This document shows positions 13,318 to 26,135 of a stretch of 64,000 bases of DNA, piece after piece. A program made the position numbers and the translations under genes. How positions within the stretch are numbered: position 1 is the first letter of the stretch; the number at the start of each line of letters is the position of its first letter. The notes beneath the pieces are model-generated. The model did not search any database, was not told the origin of the DNA, and worked only from the letters and a program-made list of their open reading frames with translations. This stretch comes from Haliotis rubra. Taxonomy: Eukaryota. The DNA lies in assembly GCF_003918875.1 (NCBI RefSeq), contig NW_025767401.1, forward strand, positions 1,984,001 to 2,048,000. The letters run 5' to 3'.

Positions 13318-13675
13318 GACCACCTCCGTGGTGTAGTGGTTAGAGCGTCCGCCCGGAGAGCGGAAGGTCGCAGGTTCGATCCCTGACCGCGTCATACCAA
13401 AAGACGTTAAAATATGGTACTTGTTGGTCCCTGCCTGGTGCCCGACATTAATGGGTACAACAAGGACTGGTCGGCTCAGAGTCAGTATAATGTGTCTGAG
13501 TGGGGTATTCATGCTTCACTGCGGCATGGTATCTCAGTGGGCTAGCACTATAAAACCAGCTTAAGTCTGGGCTAGTACAAGCAGCCGCACATACACATAC
13601 ACACCCATGCACGTCGTCATATCAGCGAAATATTCTCAAGCACGACGTAAAACCCAATTTCACCTCACCTCACCT
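13318..13675 (+). mobile_element. tRNA-derived SINE, family M (Meta-domain-like core), copy 1 of tandem pair
   Basis: Pol III A box GTGGTGTAGTGG and B box GGTTCGATCCC, core GTCATACCAAAAGACGTTAAAATATGGTAC, (CACCT)n tail, TSD CATGTATTAAA. Confidence 0.9.
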
Positions 13676-13686
13676 CATGTATTAAA

Positions 13687-14039
13687 GACCGCCTCCGTGG
13701 TGTAGTGGTTACAGCGTCCGCCCGGAGAGCGGAAGGTCGCAGGTTTGATCCCCGACCGCGTCATACCAAAAGACGTTAAAATATGGTACTTGTTGGTCCC
13801 TGCCTGGTGCTCGGCATTAATGGGTACAACAAGGACTGGTCAGCTCGGAGTCAGTAGAATGTTTTTGAGTGGGGTATTCATGCTTCACTGCGGCATGGTA
13901 TCTCAGTGGGCTTGCATTATAAAACCAGCTTCTGTCTGGGCTAGTACAAGCAGCCGCACATTCACATACACATGCATGCATGTCGTCATATGAGCGAAAT
14001 ATTCTCAATCACGACGTTAAACCCAATTTCACCTCACCT
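13687..14039 (+). mobile_element. tRNA-derived SINE, family M, copy 2 of tandem pair
   Basis: Highly similar to 13318-13675 and flanked by the same CATGTATTAAA repeat. Confidence 0.9.
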
Positions 14040-14395
14040 CATGTATTAAAATTCAGATAGTAATGTTTTCTACTCATTTTAACAGGGAAAACATTTTCAT
14101 TGCCAGAGTTTCCAAGAGGAAGCTTTGGTCTATGGTAAACACTTCTTTAAATTTTAATAGGCCACATTTTTCACCATTGATGAAACCTATTGACTTGACA
14201 GACACGTTTGTTTGTGTTTTCATTAACAATCTAGTGTTTGAGATTAACTGTTCAAGCACAAATGTCCTGTTATATCCAGCTGAAATCTTTGTTTTGATGC
14301 TTGCCGATGTGTGGTGTGGCACAACTATCTTTTAAATAGGTATCATACATGATACGGAATGAAAATATATTTATCTGAAATTAACTATGATTCAC

Positions 14396-15002
14396 TTGAT
14401 TCACTTGAAGACTTGAAATGGTTGCAATATAGAATTATCCACAATATCCTCCCAACAAAACAACTACTTTATAAAATGGGATACACATCCTCACCAATAT
14501 GTCCATTTTGTGAACAAGAAAGAGAAACTATCCACCATATGTTATGGGAATGTGAATTTGTTTTTAAATTATGGAAAGAAATAGAATCATGGTTGAACTC
14601 GGTACAGTTACAACTGGAACTTACAAATAAAATCGTTATATTGGGAATGAAAGGAAAAAACAATAATCCGATTAATGAAATCATTTCAGTTGTCAAACAT
14701 TATATCTACAGATGCAGCATAAATGGTTTCAAAGCAAAGTTAGAATATTTAAAAAATGAAATTGTCCGTCACTATGATATGTCAAGATATGTTTACTTAT
14801 CTGCGGGAACTGAACAATTGTTTTTTCAACATTGGTCAACATTACATCTATTACTTGGAAGATAATCCAGCCAATTATACTTTTTCAGCCAACTGTCCAT
14901 TTTCATACATGTATTCATATACCATTGTATTATTATGAAACTTATCTATACATGTTTGCCTGTACATAAAATATTGAAAATAAAAAAAACAAAAAACAAA
15001 CA
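14396..15002 (+). mobile_element. 5'-truncated L1/Tx1-type LINE (zf-RVT C-terminus, 3' UTR, A-rich tail)
   Basis: ORF with LQYRIIHNILPT...CPFC...ETIHHMLWEC zinc knuckle, A-rich tail 14977-15002, TSD AACTATGATTCAC (14383-14395, 15003-15015). Confidence 0.9.
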
Positions 15003-16094
15003 AACTATGATTCACCTGAAATAATTTTCAAGTACAATCCAAGTATTTTAGAGCTACACAAGATAATCCCTGCTTCCCTAGTTTATATGCTGTATCTCTC
15101 AGTAGTTTATAGTTGGGCACCACTAATCTAGCTGGGATTAGTTAAAGAGAAGACTAACTCTCCAGTGCTAAAATTTCCTCTCTCACGAGTCAAGGGGATA
15201 AAACAACATTTATGAAATGGAAGAGAAATCTTTTGTGGAACTCTCCTGTGTTTGAACTAAAACAAAGGGAAGAGTGCAACTCTTAGATGAAAGGGATTGT
15301 AAATGTCATAACAACTGATGTCGGTTCGGAAAGTTGGGAAGAGGTCAACCGCCAAATGTCCCTTGGCAAATAGCTCCCTAGGAAAGACCGATAATGGACG
15401 CTAAGACACAAAAGGGCAGATGTGCCAAAAATATAAAAAATCCAAGCAGTCTTATTCAGCTTATGAAAAGAGTCATCAAGAACATTTTGGTTAATTCTAT
15501 TTTATTTTGATACAATATATTGCAAATTCACACAAACCAAGAACCCTTCTGCAGAAATCAACCAGGGCAGTAATCAGTGTTATCTCCCCTTGAACCCTCA
15601 CTCCTTGTCATTAAGTTGTAGTAAATCACAGCTGAAGCCCAACAGCCCCCAACAATTTTTGCTATGCGCTGATATTTCTGGTTCTGCTAGTTCTAGTTGT
15701 TTGAAGGGATCAGTGGTCAAATGATGTAAAACCACACCCAGGTCCTACACAGGTCAACACGGCACTTTTGATCTTTAAGATGAAAGCCCTTAAGCTCCAA
15801 TGTTATCTCGTGAGCAGTACCAATCTGCTTTGAAATGATGCAGTGAATGAGTTGATGGCAGCTACATATACAGCAACTGTACATACATACAACAAACAAG
15901 CATTGTCACTAAGGTGACATAATCCCCCACCACAAATTATCAAATCAAACTTATAAAGTAATGAAAGTTTAAGATGAAGTTAAATGTCAACAAAAACATT
16001 ATCTTGCTCTTTAGTTGTCCAAACACACACATATTTTCAAGACTGACTTTGACCTTGACATGAATGTCATAGTGTATGAAATATGCAAAACTAG

Positions 16095-18100
16095 TACTAA
16101 AGAAAGTGCTTATTGAAAAACATTCAAGGGAGGTCTTGAAAGTCTATGAAGAAAATCCAGCGAACCGTTCTTAAAATATCTTGCTGACAATTCAGGTTAA
16201 CATTCTAAAATCTTCATAGTGTCTTCGTGACCCTACAAATTATGTGAAGGTCACCAAAATTGACTGGGCCCTGCACCTTCCCTGGATGAAGCTTGGTGTC
16301 AAATATGAAGAAACTCCAGTGAATGGTTCTTGAGGTATCTTGCTGACAAGCATAACATGTAGTTTAATATGGTGAAATCTTCATAGTGTCTCTGTGACCT
16401 TGAAAATTAAGTGAAGGTCACCAAAATCGACTGGGCCCTGCGCCTTCCCTGGATGAAGCTTGGTGTCAAATATGAAGAAACTCCAGTGAATGGTTCTTGA
16501 GGTATCTCGCTGACAAGCATAACATGTAGTTTAATATGGTGAAATCTTCAAAGTGTCTCTGTGACCTTGAAAATTAAGTGAAGGTCACCAAAATCGACTG
16601 GGCCCTGCACCTTCCCTGGATGAAGCTTGGTGTCAAATATGAAGAAACTCCAGTGAATGGTTCTTGAGGTATCTCGCTGACAAGCATAACATGTAGTTTA
16701 ATATGGTGAAATCTTCAAAGTGTCTCTGTGACCTTGAAAATTAAGTGAAGGTCACCAAAATCGACTGGGCCCTGCGCCTTCCCTGGATGAAGCTAGGTGT
16801 CAAATATGAAGAAACTCTAGTGAATGGTTCTTGAGGTATCTCGCTGACAAGCATAACATGTAGTTTAATATTGTGAAAACTTCAAAGTGTCTCTGTGACC
16901 TTGAAAATTAAGTGAAGGTCACCAAAATCGACTGGGCCCTGCGCCTTCCCTGGATGAAGCTTGGTGTCAAATATGAAGAAACTCCAGTGAATGGTTCTTG
17001 AGGTATCTTGCTGACAAGCATAACATGTAGTTTAATATGGTGAAATCTTCAAAGTGTCTCTGTGACCTTGAAAATTAAGTGAAGGTCACCAAAATCGACT
17101 GGGCCCTGCCCCTTCCCTAGATGAAGCCTTGAAGAAACTCCAGTGAATGGTTCTGGATGAAAGCATTGGTGTCAAATCTTCATGTCTCCATGACCTTGAA
17201 AATTAAGAAGGTCACTACAGCCTTCCCTAGATGAAGCTTGGTTCTTGAAGAAACTCCAGTGAATGGTTCTTGAGGTATCTCTGACAAGCATAACATGTAG
17301 TTTAATATGGTGAAATCTTCAAAGTGTCTCTGTGACCTTGAAAATTAAGTGAAGGTCACCAAAATCGACTGGGCCCTGCGCCTTCCCTGGATGAAGCTTG
17401 GTGTCAAATATGAAGAAACTCCAGTGAATGGTTCTTGAGGTATCTCGCTGACAAGCATAACATGTAGTTTAATGTGGTGAAATCTTCAAAGTGTCTCTGT
17501 GACCTTGAAAATTAAGTGAAGGTCACCAAAATCGACTGGGCCCTGCGCCTTCCCTGGATGAAGCTTGGTGTCAAATATGAAGAAACTCCAGTGAATGGTT
17601 CTTGAGGTATCTCGCTGACAAGCATAACATGTAGTTTAATATTGTGAAATCTTCAAAGTGTCTCTGTGACCTTGAAAATTAAGTGAAGGTCACCAAAATC
17701 GACTGGGCCCTGTGCCTTCCCTGGATGAAGCTTGGTGTCAAATATGAAGAAACTCCAGTGAATGGTTCTTGAGGTATCTCGCTGACAAGCATAACATGTA
17801 GTTTAATATTGTGAAATCTTCAAAGTGTCTCTGTGACCTTGAAAATTAAGTGAAGGTCACCAAAATCGACTGGGCCCTGCGCCTTCCCGAGATAAAGCTT
17901 GGTACTGAATATGAAGAAAATCAGCTCTTGAGAACGGCTCTTGAGATAGCTTAACATGCAGGTAAAACGTGAAAGTCCCCTTGTGACCTTGAAATGAAGG
18001 TCAAGGTCACCAAACCTGACTTGGACCTTTCTTATAGTGTGATGAACCTAGGTACCAAATATGAAAAGAATCTAGTGAACGGTTCTTAAGATATTCCAAT
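16095..18100 (+). repeat. 167-bp tandem satellite array (~11-12 units), probably the core of a satellite-carrying non-autonomous element starting near 15895
   Basis: GACTGGGCCCTG recurs at 16262, 16429, 16596, 16763, 16930, 17097, 17367, 17534, 17701, 17868. Each unit has the internal inverted repeat GTGACCTT...AAGGTCAC. Edge units are diverged. Confidence 0.95.
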
Positions 18101-20030
18101 TCATACGTAACGTACCATATTTGGTCTGGTTAAATCCATTTTGGGCTGGTAACATTTTGAAGTTACCAGCCCTGATGTCTGGCTGGGTTTTTGGCTTATT
18201 TCATACACTGTTTGTAGCCACCACTGGATTCACTCTTTTACAACAGGCTCTAAATGAATCCCATGTAGAGTCATAAAGGGCTCATGTTTAAGAATGAGTA
18301 TGGTTTTAAGCCGCTTTTAGCGATGCACCAGCAACGTCATGGTGTGTGACACAAGAAAGCCTGTTGTGAAGAATAGAAACGCAGAGCAAAGACTTTAAAC
18401 ACTAGGCTACCCCTCATGCCTTCCATTTTGGAAGAATATCCCTCAGATCATAAATGTTGCAGGTAGATCAAGCACTTATGCTTGTGCTTGTGCCTGATTT
18501 TGTGTAGATTGATCAAGTTCAAAAGTTCAAATCTGGCAGCTGAGAACCAAAGACAACTGGGCCAATGTGAAAACCCACAGTCAGCTATACAGACCAGCTG
18601 CAGATTGCGTCTTACTGAGCATGCTGTGGGAATCTTGGTCACAGTGCTGGAGTTAGCGAGTGAATGAGTTAAAATTTAAAGTCACATCGGCAATATTTCC
18701 GCCATATCGTGACTAAAACACGTTTCACAGTGCGGGAAGTGGTGTAACCTGATCCAAAGTTAATGGATCTGAGACTGATGACACAAATACTAGAAGCAGG
18801 TGAATGGATCTTGTAACAACATCACCACCACCAACTACCTTTGACACTCATACATTTACTGACTTCATCAGTATATGACCAATGACAAAAACACACTGAG
18901 TGAAGCATCACTAAAATACTCCTGCCAGAAACTTAAGTTAGTGTGTGACTCCACATCAGGCAGGGCTGTAACAACACACATTATACATTGTTTATAAATA
19001 AGATATAAACAACCAGAGGTAAAGTTGTAATGATACAAGATTTATGACAGACACTAAAGTCTGTCACCACCATCAAACAGTTATGCAGTCAAAAGTAGCT
19101 AAGAAGTTTGAAGCTTAAAACAAATTTAGGTATTAATGCATGTGGTAACATTAACGGAAAGGATTACCAAAATGCATCATAATATCAAAATGTATTGTGA
19201 CGGATATCAAAAGATACAAAAATCAGCCAAGAAAATGAGCATTGACATTCAACTTGATAGAATAATAGTTCAAGGGGAAGTAACTCTGACAGGCAAACTT
19301 CTCAAGAAGAGAGGCAAGTTTTGGTTTCTGTTAAGGGATTCCATAAGAGAGGGAATTAGTGATACCTTGCATCAGGATGACATATAATTTACATTCCTAA
19401 CTTTACAGAAAGAAAAAGTCTTTGACATGATGGAATACTCACAAACAGTATCCTCATAGCACTAAAGTTGTGGTATAATCTGCCAACCTTTCAACTGAAT
19501 ATATTATCAAAATGGTTCATACAATATTACGTGAAAGATATGGTGCACTCATGAGGATTAACTTGTAGTTTCTGAGGAAACATTTGTTGAACTGTAGTAT
19601 GAGTGCTTCAGTACTGACATGTTGAAATTGATTGAAATTTGTTTGGAAAAGATTGCCATGAACATTTTTGGAGTTTAATCAGTGGAGAATGAGGAATAAA
19701 CTGTTAAAGTAAAGGTACAAAGTGATGAGTTCAGGTAAACACAGATGCTAGTTTACATCCAAACAACCCTTTTAAGCTTTATGACATGTTTAAAATGTAT
19801 CAAGAAAATTTGACAAGTGTCCACTGGTGACAATTTGCTAGGTACAACAGTTTACAGGGAACATTTACATTGTTATACAATTTTCCTATTTTCGATGAAT
19901 TAATCTTTTTGGTCATGTAAGGTCTGAAAGGACATTATTCAAGACACCTACGATGAGTGAGGGTTTAGATGAACACTACCTAGCTACCTACTATCTCCAA
20001 GACTTCCGCAGATACTGATAAGTGACTCAC

Positions 20031-20153
20031 CTCGTTCTCTGTAATCTGCAGTTTGCTGACCAACTCTGCCCTGACCCTCTCAAACTCCAGCATGACAGCA
20101 GCTTTGTCTGTAGTCAGCTGCTTCACATCCTCGTCATACTTGCACTGGTACTC
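20031..20153 (-). CDS. FAM184A: FAM184A/B-like, coding exon 6
   Basis: AG/GT bounded, 123 nt, phase 0/0: EYQCKYDEDVKQLTTDKAAVMLEFERVRAELVSKLQITENE. Confidence 0.88.
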
Positions 20154-20534
20154 CTGGAGAGAGAAGGGAGGGGTCACACACACATACACAGTGTCCACAA
20201 CATGAAAGTATCCTGTACACATGCATCCACCTGCTCCAGTATTACACCAACATTACCCAGTTGTCAAACATATCATAACAAACAGAGATCAGTAGATGTG
20301 GAAACCAAACTAAAATAGAAGCTGACATGAGCAAAATCTTCAATAGAGCATTAAACAAGATCAAGTGGTTCTTGAGAAGAACTGTTCATACTGGATGATG
20401 ACAAATTGAAGAGAACCATGACCAATGACGTATACATTTTCACAAGTTTCATGGCTGCAGTGGTTTCTGAGGAGACACCCTATTTAAGACATAACTACTT
20501 TGGAGGCCATATCACAAGATCATAACCTAAATTA

Positions 20535-21180
20535 TTACCCACATGGTCAACGTATGGGTAGTTGCATACTAATCTCGAATGTCACACGAGTGTCGTATCG
20601 CGTTGGCCTGTGTCATAAACTGACTTGACCTGAGATTTGATTGGATAACCGATGACCTCTCAGTTAGGTCACGTTGTGACGGAACTACTTGTTCATTAAT
20701 AACAAACGCGTGAATTCATTCATTCTACAACTTAGATGCATTCTGGGAATGTAAACATTGCGAACGTTGCTGTGTCGCTGTTTAATTGTGACTCGAACTG
20801 AGACATTATATCCATTGAAAAATATAAATGCAATGTTTCCACCAGTGATGTTAGCCGAGTGAAGTAGTTGCAGACCAGAATGGCGTAGTGTTGTCAATAC
20901 AGTGTGACGTCATGCAAAAGTGTACTACAGAACAAAATTCTTCCATAACCTCTTTATGAAACCGCATAACAATAACAGAAATACGATATTTTGTCAATTT
21001 AATGCATGTAAGACGTGGGTAATAAATAAAATACCACACTCGGTCTCATTACATACTAATTATACGAAACTTGTGACCTTCTTATGGTTTCTGACCTCGC
21101 TTTCGCTCGGTCAGACACCATAGGAAGGACACTCGTTTCGTATAATTTGTATGTAATGAGACCGAGTGTAGTATTCTCTA
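20535..21180. mobile_element. Non-autonomous element with long terminal hairpin (Crypton-like)
   Basis: 21031-21175 is a long imperfect palindrome centred on CTCGCTTTCGCTCGG and ending GTATTCTCTA. Interior 20740-20880 is homologous in inverse orientation to 9865-10010. Confidence 0.55.
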
Positions 21181-21414
21181 TATATGTGAAAAAATCTTTA
21201 AAATGTGAAAGGTCAAAACTTGGCAAGATGATCCTAATGACTATCGATTCCCTTCATTGACAAATTCCATGTCAGGGATGTTAGGGGCTTAGTGTACAAC
21301 CACTGAGCTTCTGAATTTGGACTTTCTATTTTTTCATTGATCATGTTCTTTCTAACATCAGTCTCATCACATGAAACAGATCTCATGGCAACACCTGACA
21401 TGTTGTCCACCCAC

Positions 21415-21621
21415 CTGTTTAGTCTGTTCCAGGACCTCCACAGCAGCTGTCTTTTGTTGGTCCATCTGTTCCTGGTGTTCTCTTTTGAGAGTACTGATGG
21501 CAGCGTCGTGTGCTGCCGTCAGCTGCTTCTCCTTGTGCTGGTACTTCTCCTGCAGACTCTGGATCTCACGCTCCAGTCTCTGCTGCAGGGTCTGCTTCTC
21601 TATAGACAAGTCTTCCAGGGA
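21415..21621 (-). CDS. FAM184A: FAM184A/B-like, coding exon 5
   Basis: AG/GT bounded, 207 nt, phase 0/0: SLEDLSIEKQTLQQRLEREIQSLQEKYQ...EVLEQTKQ coiled coil. Confidence 0.9.
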
Positions 21622-22423
21622 CTGCAAGACACCAGTAACATTTGGGTAGTGCTCCAGTGGATTTGGCGTCTAACTGCACAGTTAGACATATTACAGCTTT
21701 ATCATCGTGGTCTCTAGTCAGGGCCAGTGAGAACTAGTGGTCGACAGCATGAGCAACGATTCATGAATACCACATTGGGATGAAGGCCAAACATTTGTTG
21801 GCACCGGATACTAGGGACTCATATGTCAGCAGCGCTGATTTAATAAACACACTTAAACAATTATGTATACACCCATCAAGCACTGGGCCAAGTCGCACAG
21901 CCTGGTACTCAATGCAAATTAGTTGCCTCTAACACTACCACTGGGTGATGGAGACCTATTGTAACTCAGGTCTCAACAAGGATTTCCACTACCAGGTAAT
22001 GCAATTAAGAATCATAGACCAGTAGTCAAAAACTGCAAAAATACCACACTTTACACCCCCTTTCATCTGCAATTGTGGACAGGCTATAATGGATTGATCT
22101 GACCTCTAAGTTTGCGAATTTAATGCTAAATTTACATGTCAGTCACAACATAAACAATTCATTTTGAAAACTAAAATTCCATCCTACATCAAGGAAAAAG
22201 TATTTTTAGTCAAATGACTGTCTTATCAGTGATAAAAAATAATTTCAGTCAAAATTATTCATCCAACATGTTTCATTGTGAAGGCAACTGCAGCAAACAG
22301 TTACTAAGGGAGATAACTCTGCTAACACTACTGCAATCATTCTACAATCTGCCTCCAATAAGATTACACATTTCTCATTAGAGAATGCCCTGTTGCATCA
22401 ATCACCATTTTTTGGCCCCCTAC

Positions 22424-22605
22424 CTGTTCTAAAGACTTCAGCTGTGACTGCTGTTCTTCTGAAAGGTTCTGTTTTTGACTTTCTAAGTTCTTCCTCTCTG
22501 ACTCCAACCATGCCAGTTTGTCTTTCAACTTGGAAACTTGTGACCTGAGCTCGTCTATTGTACTACTCTTCTGAAGGATGGTGGCTTCCAGCTCCCCGAT
22601 CAGCG
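22424..22605 (-). CDS. FAM184A: FAM184A/B-like, coding exon 4 (not in ORF track)
   Basis: AG/GT bounded, 182 nt, phase 1/0: (T)LIGELEATILQKSSTIDELRSQVSKLKDKLAWLESERKNLESQKQNLSEEQQSQLKSLEQ. Confidence 0.88.
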
Positions 22606-23217
22606 CTGCAAGGACAGAATGTCACTATTAATCATTCCACCACCTGTGCACATTATTTCCATGCACACTTTTTTGAAAGACGTACATACCTACCTGTGAG
22701 AAAAAAAGGGTACCAGAACTAAATCCTGTTATCACTACTATCAGTAGATATACAGACATACAGCATTATCATGGATGATTAGGAGATACATTTAGTACTT
22801 GGAAAGAAATTTTCTTCACGTTGGCTCAGGGTATCAGTTATTGGTGTCACGACTTGACATTAATGCAGCTAAATACAAGATTAAAAGTTCTAATATTTCC
22901 ATTTAATACTCAACATATCTATATCTGATATTTGTGATGAATTAAAGTTATGTCTCAGATCTAAATTTTACCATGTATACAGTCTATTCCATGTGGATCA
23001 AGTCATCAAGTGATATAACCAAAGGGGCATAACTCTTGCAGTCTTAACAGTAGAGAGTAGGAATGTTTTTGAAAATTGAATAGGGCTAGTACCATAAAAT
23101 AATATCAGCTCTTTGAGTAAGAAGGGAGTTTGAGAAAAAGATCAACATGCATGCTAATTTTGTGTGTATCCCTACTGTGACATGAACATGTCTGTCTTGT
23201 ATGACTGATTCACTTAC

Positions 23218-23338
23218 TTGACTTCCTCAGCATCTCGGCAGCCTGTTCCGTACATCGTTCTGTCATTGCGGATAGATCTGTCTCAACATCCCGTAGCCTT
23301 GTGGACAACCTCTCCACCTCAGCCTGTTGTTCTGACAA
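23218..23338 (-). CDS. FAM184A: FAM184A/B-like, coding exon 3 (not in ORF track)
   Basis: AG/GTAAGT bounded, 121 nt, phase 0/1: LSEQQAEVERLSTRLRDVETDLSAMTERCTEQAAEMLRKS. Phase matches exon 4. Confidence 0.88.
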
Positions 23339-23659
23339 CTGAGAGACAAGGCTTATAGTTATCAAACAGAGTGTTGTTCATCTGTCACGGACACAAGATT
23401 TCATAACTTCAAGATCATTTCAACATGTTCGATGGATTTAATCTCATGGTTTCCTAAATCATTTCATTGCTTCCAAAAATATCTATTCATCTGGCATATC
23501 AAAGTAATCTGTTTGCTCCACGAAAAGATGATATGTCAAATGATCTAATGATCATTTAGTTTGTCAACTTATTTTGTAATTCATGATTAACAGATCTATG
23601 GTAGTAGAAGTGTAAAAATTACATTATGGAACGGAACCCTAATTGTACAGTTATCAGTA

Positions 23660-24340
23660 CCTGTGTATGTTCAATTTTTGAGGGGAGTAGCCTGTGTGTA
23701 TCTAAATGTTTTGTTGCCCATGTATATATTAGATGTTTATTCATCTAATGTTGCTAGAATGTATTTACTTGTTTTTCAACACATTACTTTTGTACAACTA
23801 CTTGTTTGTAAAACACTGCGCATGTATATTTACCCATTTTATAAAATGTACAATGTTTAAGATATATTTACTCATTTTTTAAGGTAAATGTATATGTTTG
23901 CTTGTCTGTGTAACAAATGCTGCCTATGTGCATATTTTCCTTTTTAGCATGTGTACTTTAATTGTTAAACATACATACCTCTGTCTATTTACCTATGTGT
24001 TTCACTAACATTACCCATGAACATACAACCTGTTTCTTCAAAGCAAGTTACAACTGTATATTTACTTGTTTCTTCAGTGCATGTTTACATGTTGTTACCC
24101 ATGTGTATTTGTCAGTTAATCCAACCAATAATGACATTGTTGCTGTTGAACATATACTTATTTCATTTACAAATGTTTCTCATATTGGACATATTGCCTG
24201 TTTCATCATGTTTCATCATCAAAGCAGGTTACCAGTATATATGAACTGTTTCTTCAAAGCATGTTACCATGTAATAATACCCGTTTCTTCACAGCAAGTT
24301 ATCAGTTCATATTACCTGTTTCCAACATTGTTACTGAATA
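23660..24340. repeat. Highly decayed minisatellite / low-complexity tract
   Basis: Recurring TATTTACTTGTTTCTTCA...CATGTTACC-like motifs at roughly 30-35 bp spacing. Confidence 0.55.
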
Positions 24341-24351
24341 CCTTTCCTAGC

Positions 24352-24982
24352 CAGTCTAAGTAAACTTAGGCTCAGTATTATTCGTTGCACTGCTATACCA
24401 AGTCTAACAAACCCTAGTAGAAGGTTGCGTCAGCTAACCTTTTGGATTAACCAATCAGAACACAGCCTACCAAATCGCGTAAGTTAACATTCACACATAC
24501 TGTGTGAACCTTTATCTAAAAAACTCGAATGATTCTGAATGCTATTTTCCGCCCGATCGCTTCCGAGTGATACACATGGAGGACGCCATTATTTGCAACA
24601 ATGAGTAAACAGTCGCTGAAAATAGCGTTTTTGTCAATAGTCCAGGATGTCATCTTGCGGAAATATAAGCTAATAGTAACCATGTCATTAGAAACCCATA
24701 AGCGTATATACTGCAGGTCCAATATTTGTGTTTTATACGGATTTTGTTTGTTGAGATCAGTGTCAGCGACTGGGGAAGAGAAAATCCAAAAACATTTTGT
24801 AAGTCCCGCCGAACCTTAACAAGTAGCCGTTGTCTGATTGGTTAAATTTGTTCGACAGTCTTGCGTTTGATTGGACGGTCATAGGTCACTCATAGGTTAG
24901 ATGACGCGACCTTCTACTAGGGTTTGTTACATTCAGTATAGCTGTGTGACGAATAATACTGAGTCTAAGTTTACTTAAACTG
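24352..24982. mobile_element. Mutator-like non-autonomous DNA transposon with long TIRs
   Basis: TIR CAGTCTAAGTAAACTTAGGCTCAGTATTATTCGT..., extending ~90 bp imperfectly. Imperfect 10-bp TSD CTTTCCTAGC / CTTTCTCAGC. Confidence 0.85.
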
Positions 24983-25262
24983 CTTTCTCAGCCCTGCTAT
25001 GACCAAGGAACACATATACAGATATATTAATATTTTCACTAAAAGCTTAGGCAAGTCAAGTTGAAACTTAACCACTTTTCTTGATTCCACTGCAGAGGAG
25101 GAATGGTTCTTTTGTAAACACAAATAACAATTGTTTCGACAAAAAGGCTTTCGTAGACTAAGGATCAGTCTATACATATATGTGTTTTTCAAAACTAATC
25201 AAGTTATTACACCATGAATATTAACATGTTTGTTCAACTAGTATTTCATAAATCATGTGTAC

Positions 25263-26135
25263 CTGTTTGTTCACGTCATGTGAAGTGCTGTCTTTGTCCC
25301 TGAGACTATTCTGTAACTGTAGAAGTTCATGTTTGTGTTTCTCCACCAACTCCTCACTCTCCGAAAGTTGACTGATGAGCTGATCAATCTGTATCTTCAG
25401 CTCCTTCTCTAATGCTCCGAAATCCTTCACCATTTTCTCCTGTTCCTGCCGAAGCTTTGCCACATCCCCTTCCAGTGCAGCATTCTGAGATGCTTTCAAA
25501 GCTTCAAGCTCTTTCTCAAAAAAGGCTTGTGCTTTGGACATTTTCAGTTCATGGTCTTCCTCCAATTTGACTTTCTCATCCTGCAAAACATCTATTCTAT
25601 CCTTCAACTCCTGAATTTCCGTTTTGAACTTGTCCTCAACTTTTGTACACTCATTTAACCAGTCACTGTTTTGAGATCGTTGAAATGTTCGTAATTCATC
25701 TAACTCAAGTTCATGTTTCTGTCTAATTTCGTCCAAAGCTCTGGCTTTGTCAATGTCTACCTGCTGCATCCATTCCTCAAATTTAACAACCTTTTCTTCG
25801 AACTCTTGCTTAGCCTTCAACACTTCCTGCGAAAGGTCTAATATTCTTTTGGAATGTTCTGTCTTCAGCTCACATTCTCTCTCTTCTGCACGCTTCTTAA
25901 ACCTCTCAAACTCATCCAAGGCGGAACTTTTGTACTTCTCTTGTTCTGCCAGGGATGATTCGAGTGTCTGTATTTTCTTCCGATGATCAGCATCGGCATT
26001 GATTTTGTTTTTGTAGAGTTCCACTTTTTCTTTGGTTTCTGACAGCAGCTGTTGCAACTCAGACTCATGCTGCTCCTTGATGCTCTGAAGGACCGCTTCG
26101 TGTTCATCGTTCTTGGTGTTGAGAGCATAGATGAC
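25263..26135 (-). CDS. FAM184A: FAM184A/B-like, coding exon 2 (FAM184 N-terminal domain)
   Basis: 873 nt, AG/GT bounded, phase 0/0. Begins VIYALNTKNDEHE, the diagnostic FAM184 motif continuing from MSKKIAQLTK. Long E/K/Q/L coiled coil. Confidence 0.95.

Noticed and set aside
13318-13395. tRNA-like sequence (also at 13687, 29581, 40481, 62450)
   Set aside because: These are SINE heads: they continue into SINE bodies with tails and TSDs and lack a complete cloverleaf acceptor stem.
16095-18100. CRISPR-like regular array
   Set aside because: Eukaryotic context; whole 167-bp units repeat with no unique spacers.
16071-18209. AGTGTATGAAATA inverted pair apparently enclosing the satellite as one transposon
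   Set aside because: The left copy aligns with the degenerate satellite motif GTGTCAAATATG and no TSD is evident; probably coincidental.
23663-24363. 133-aa and neighbouring ORFs
   Set aside because: They arise from a decayed minisatellite; no protein-like features.
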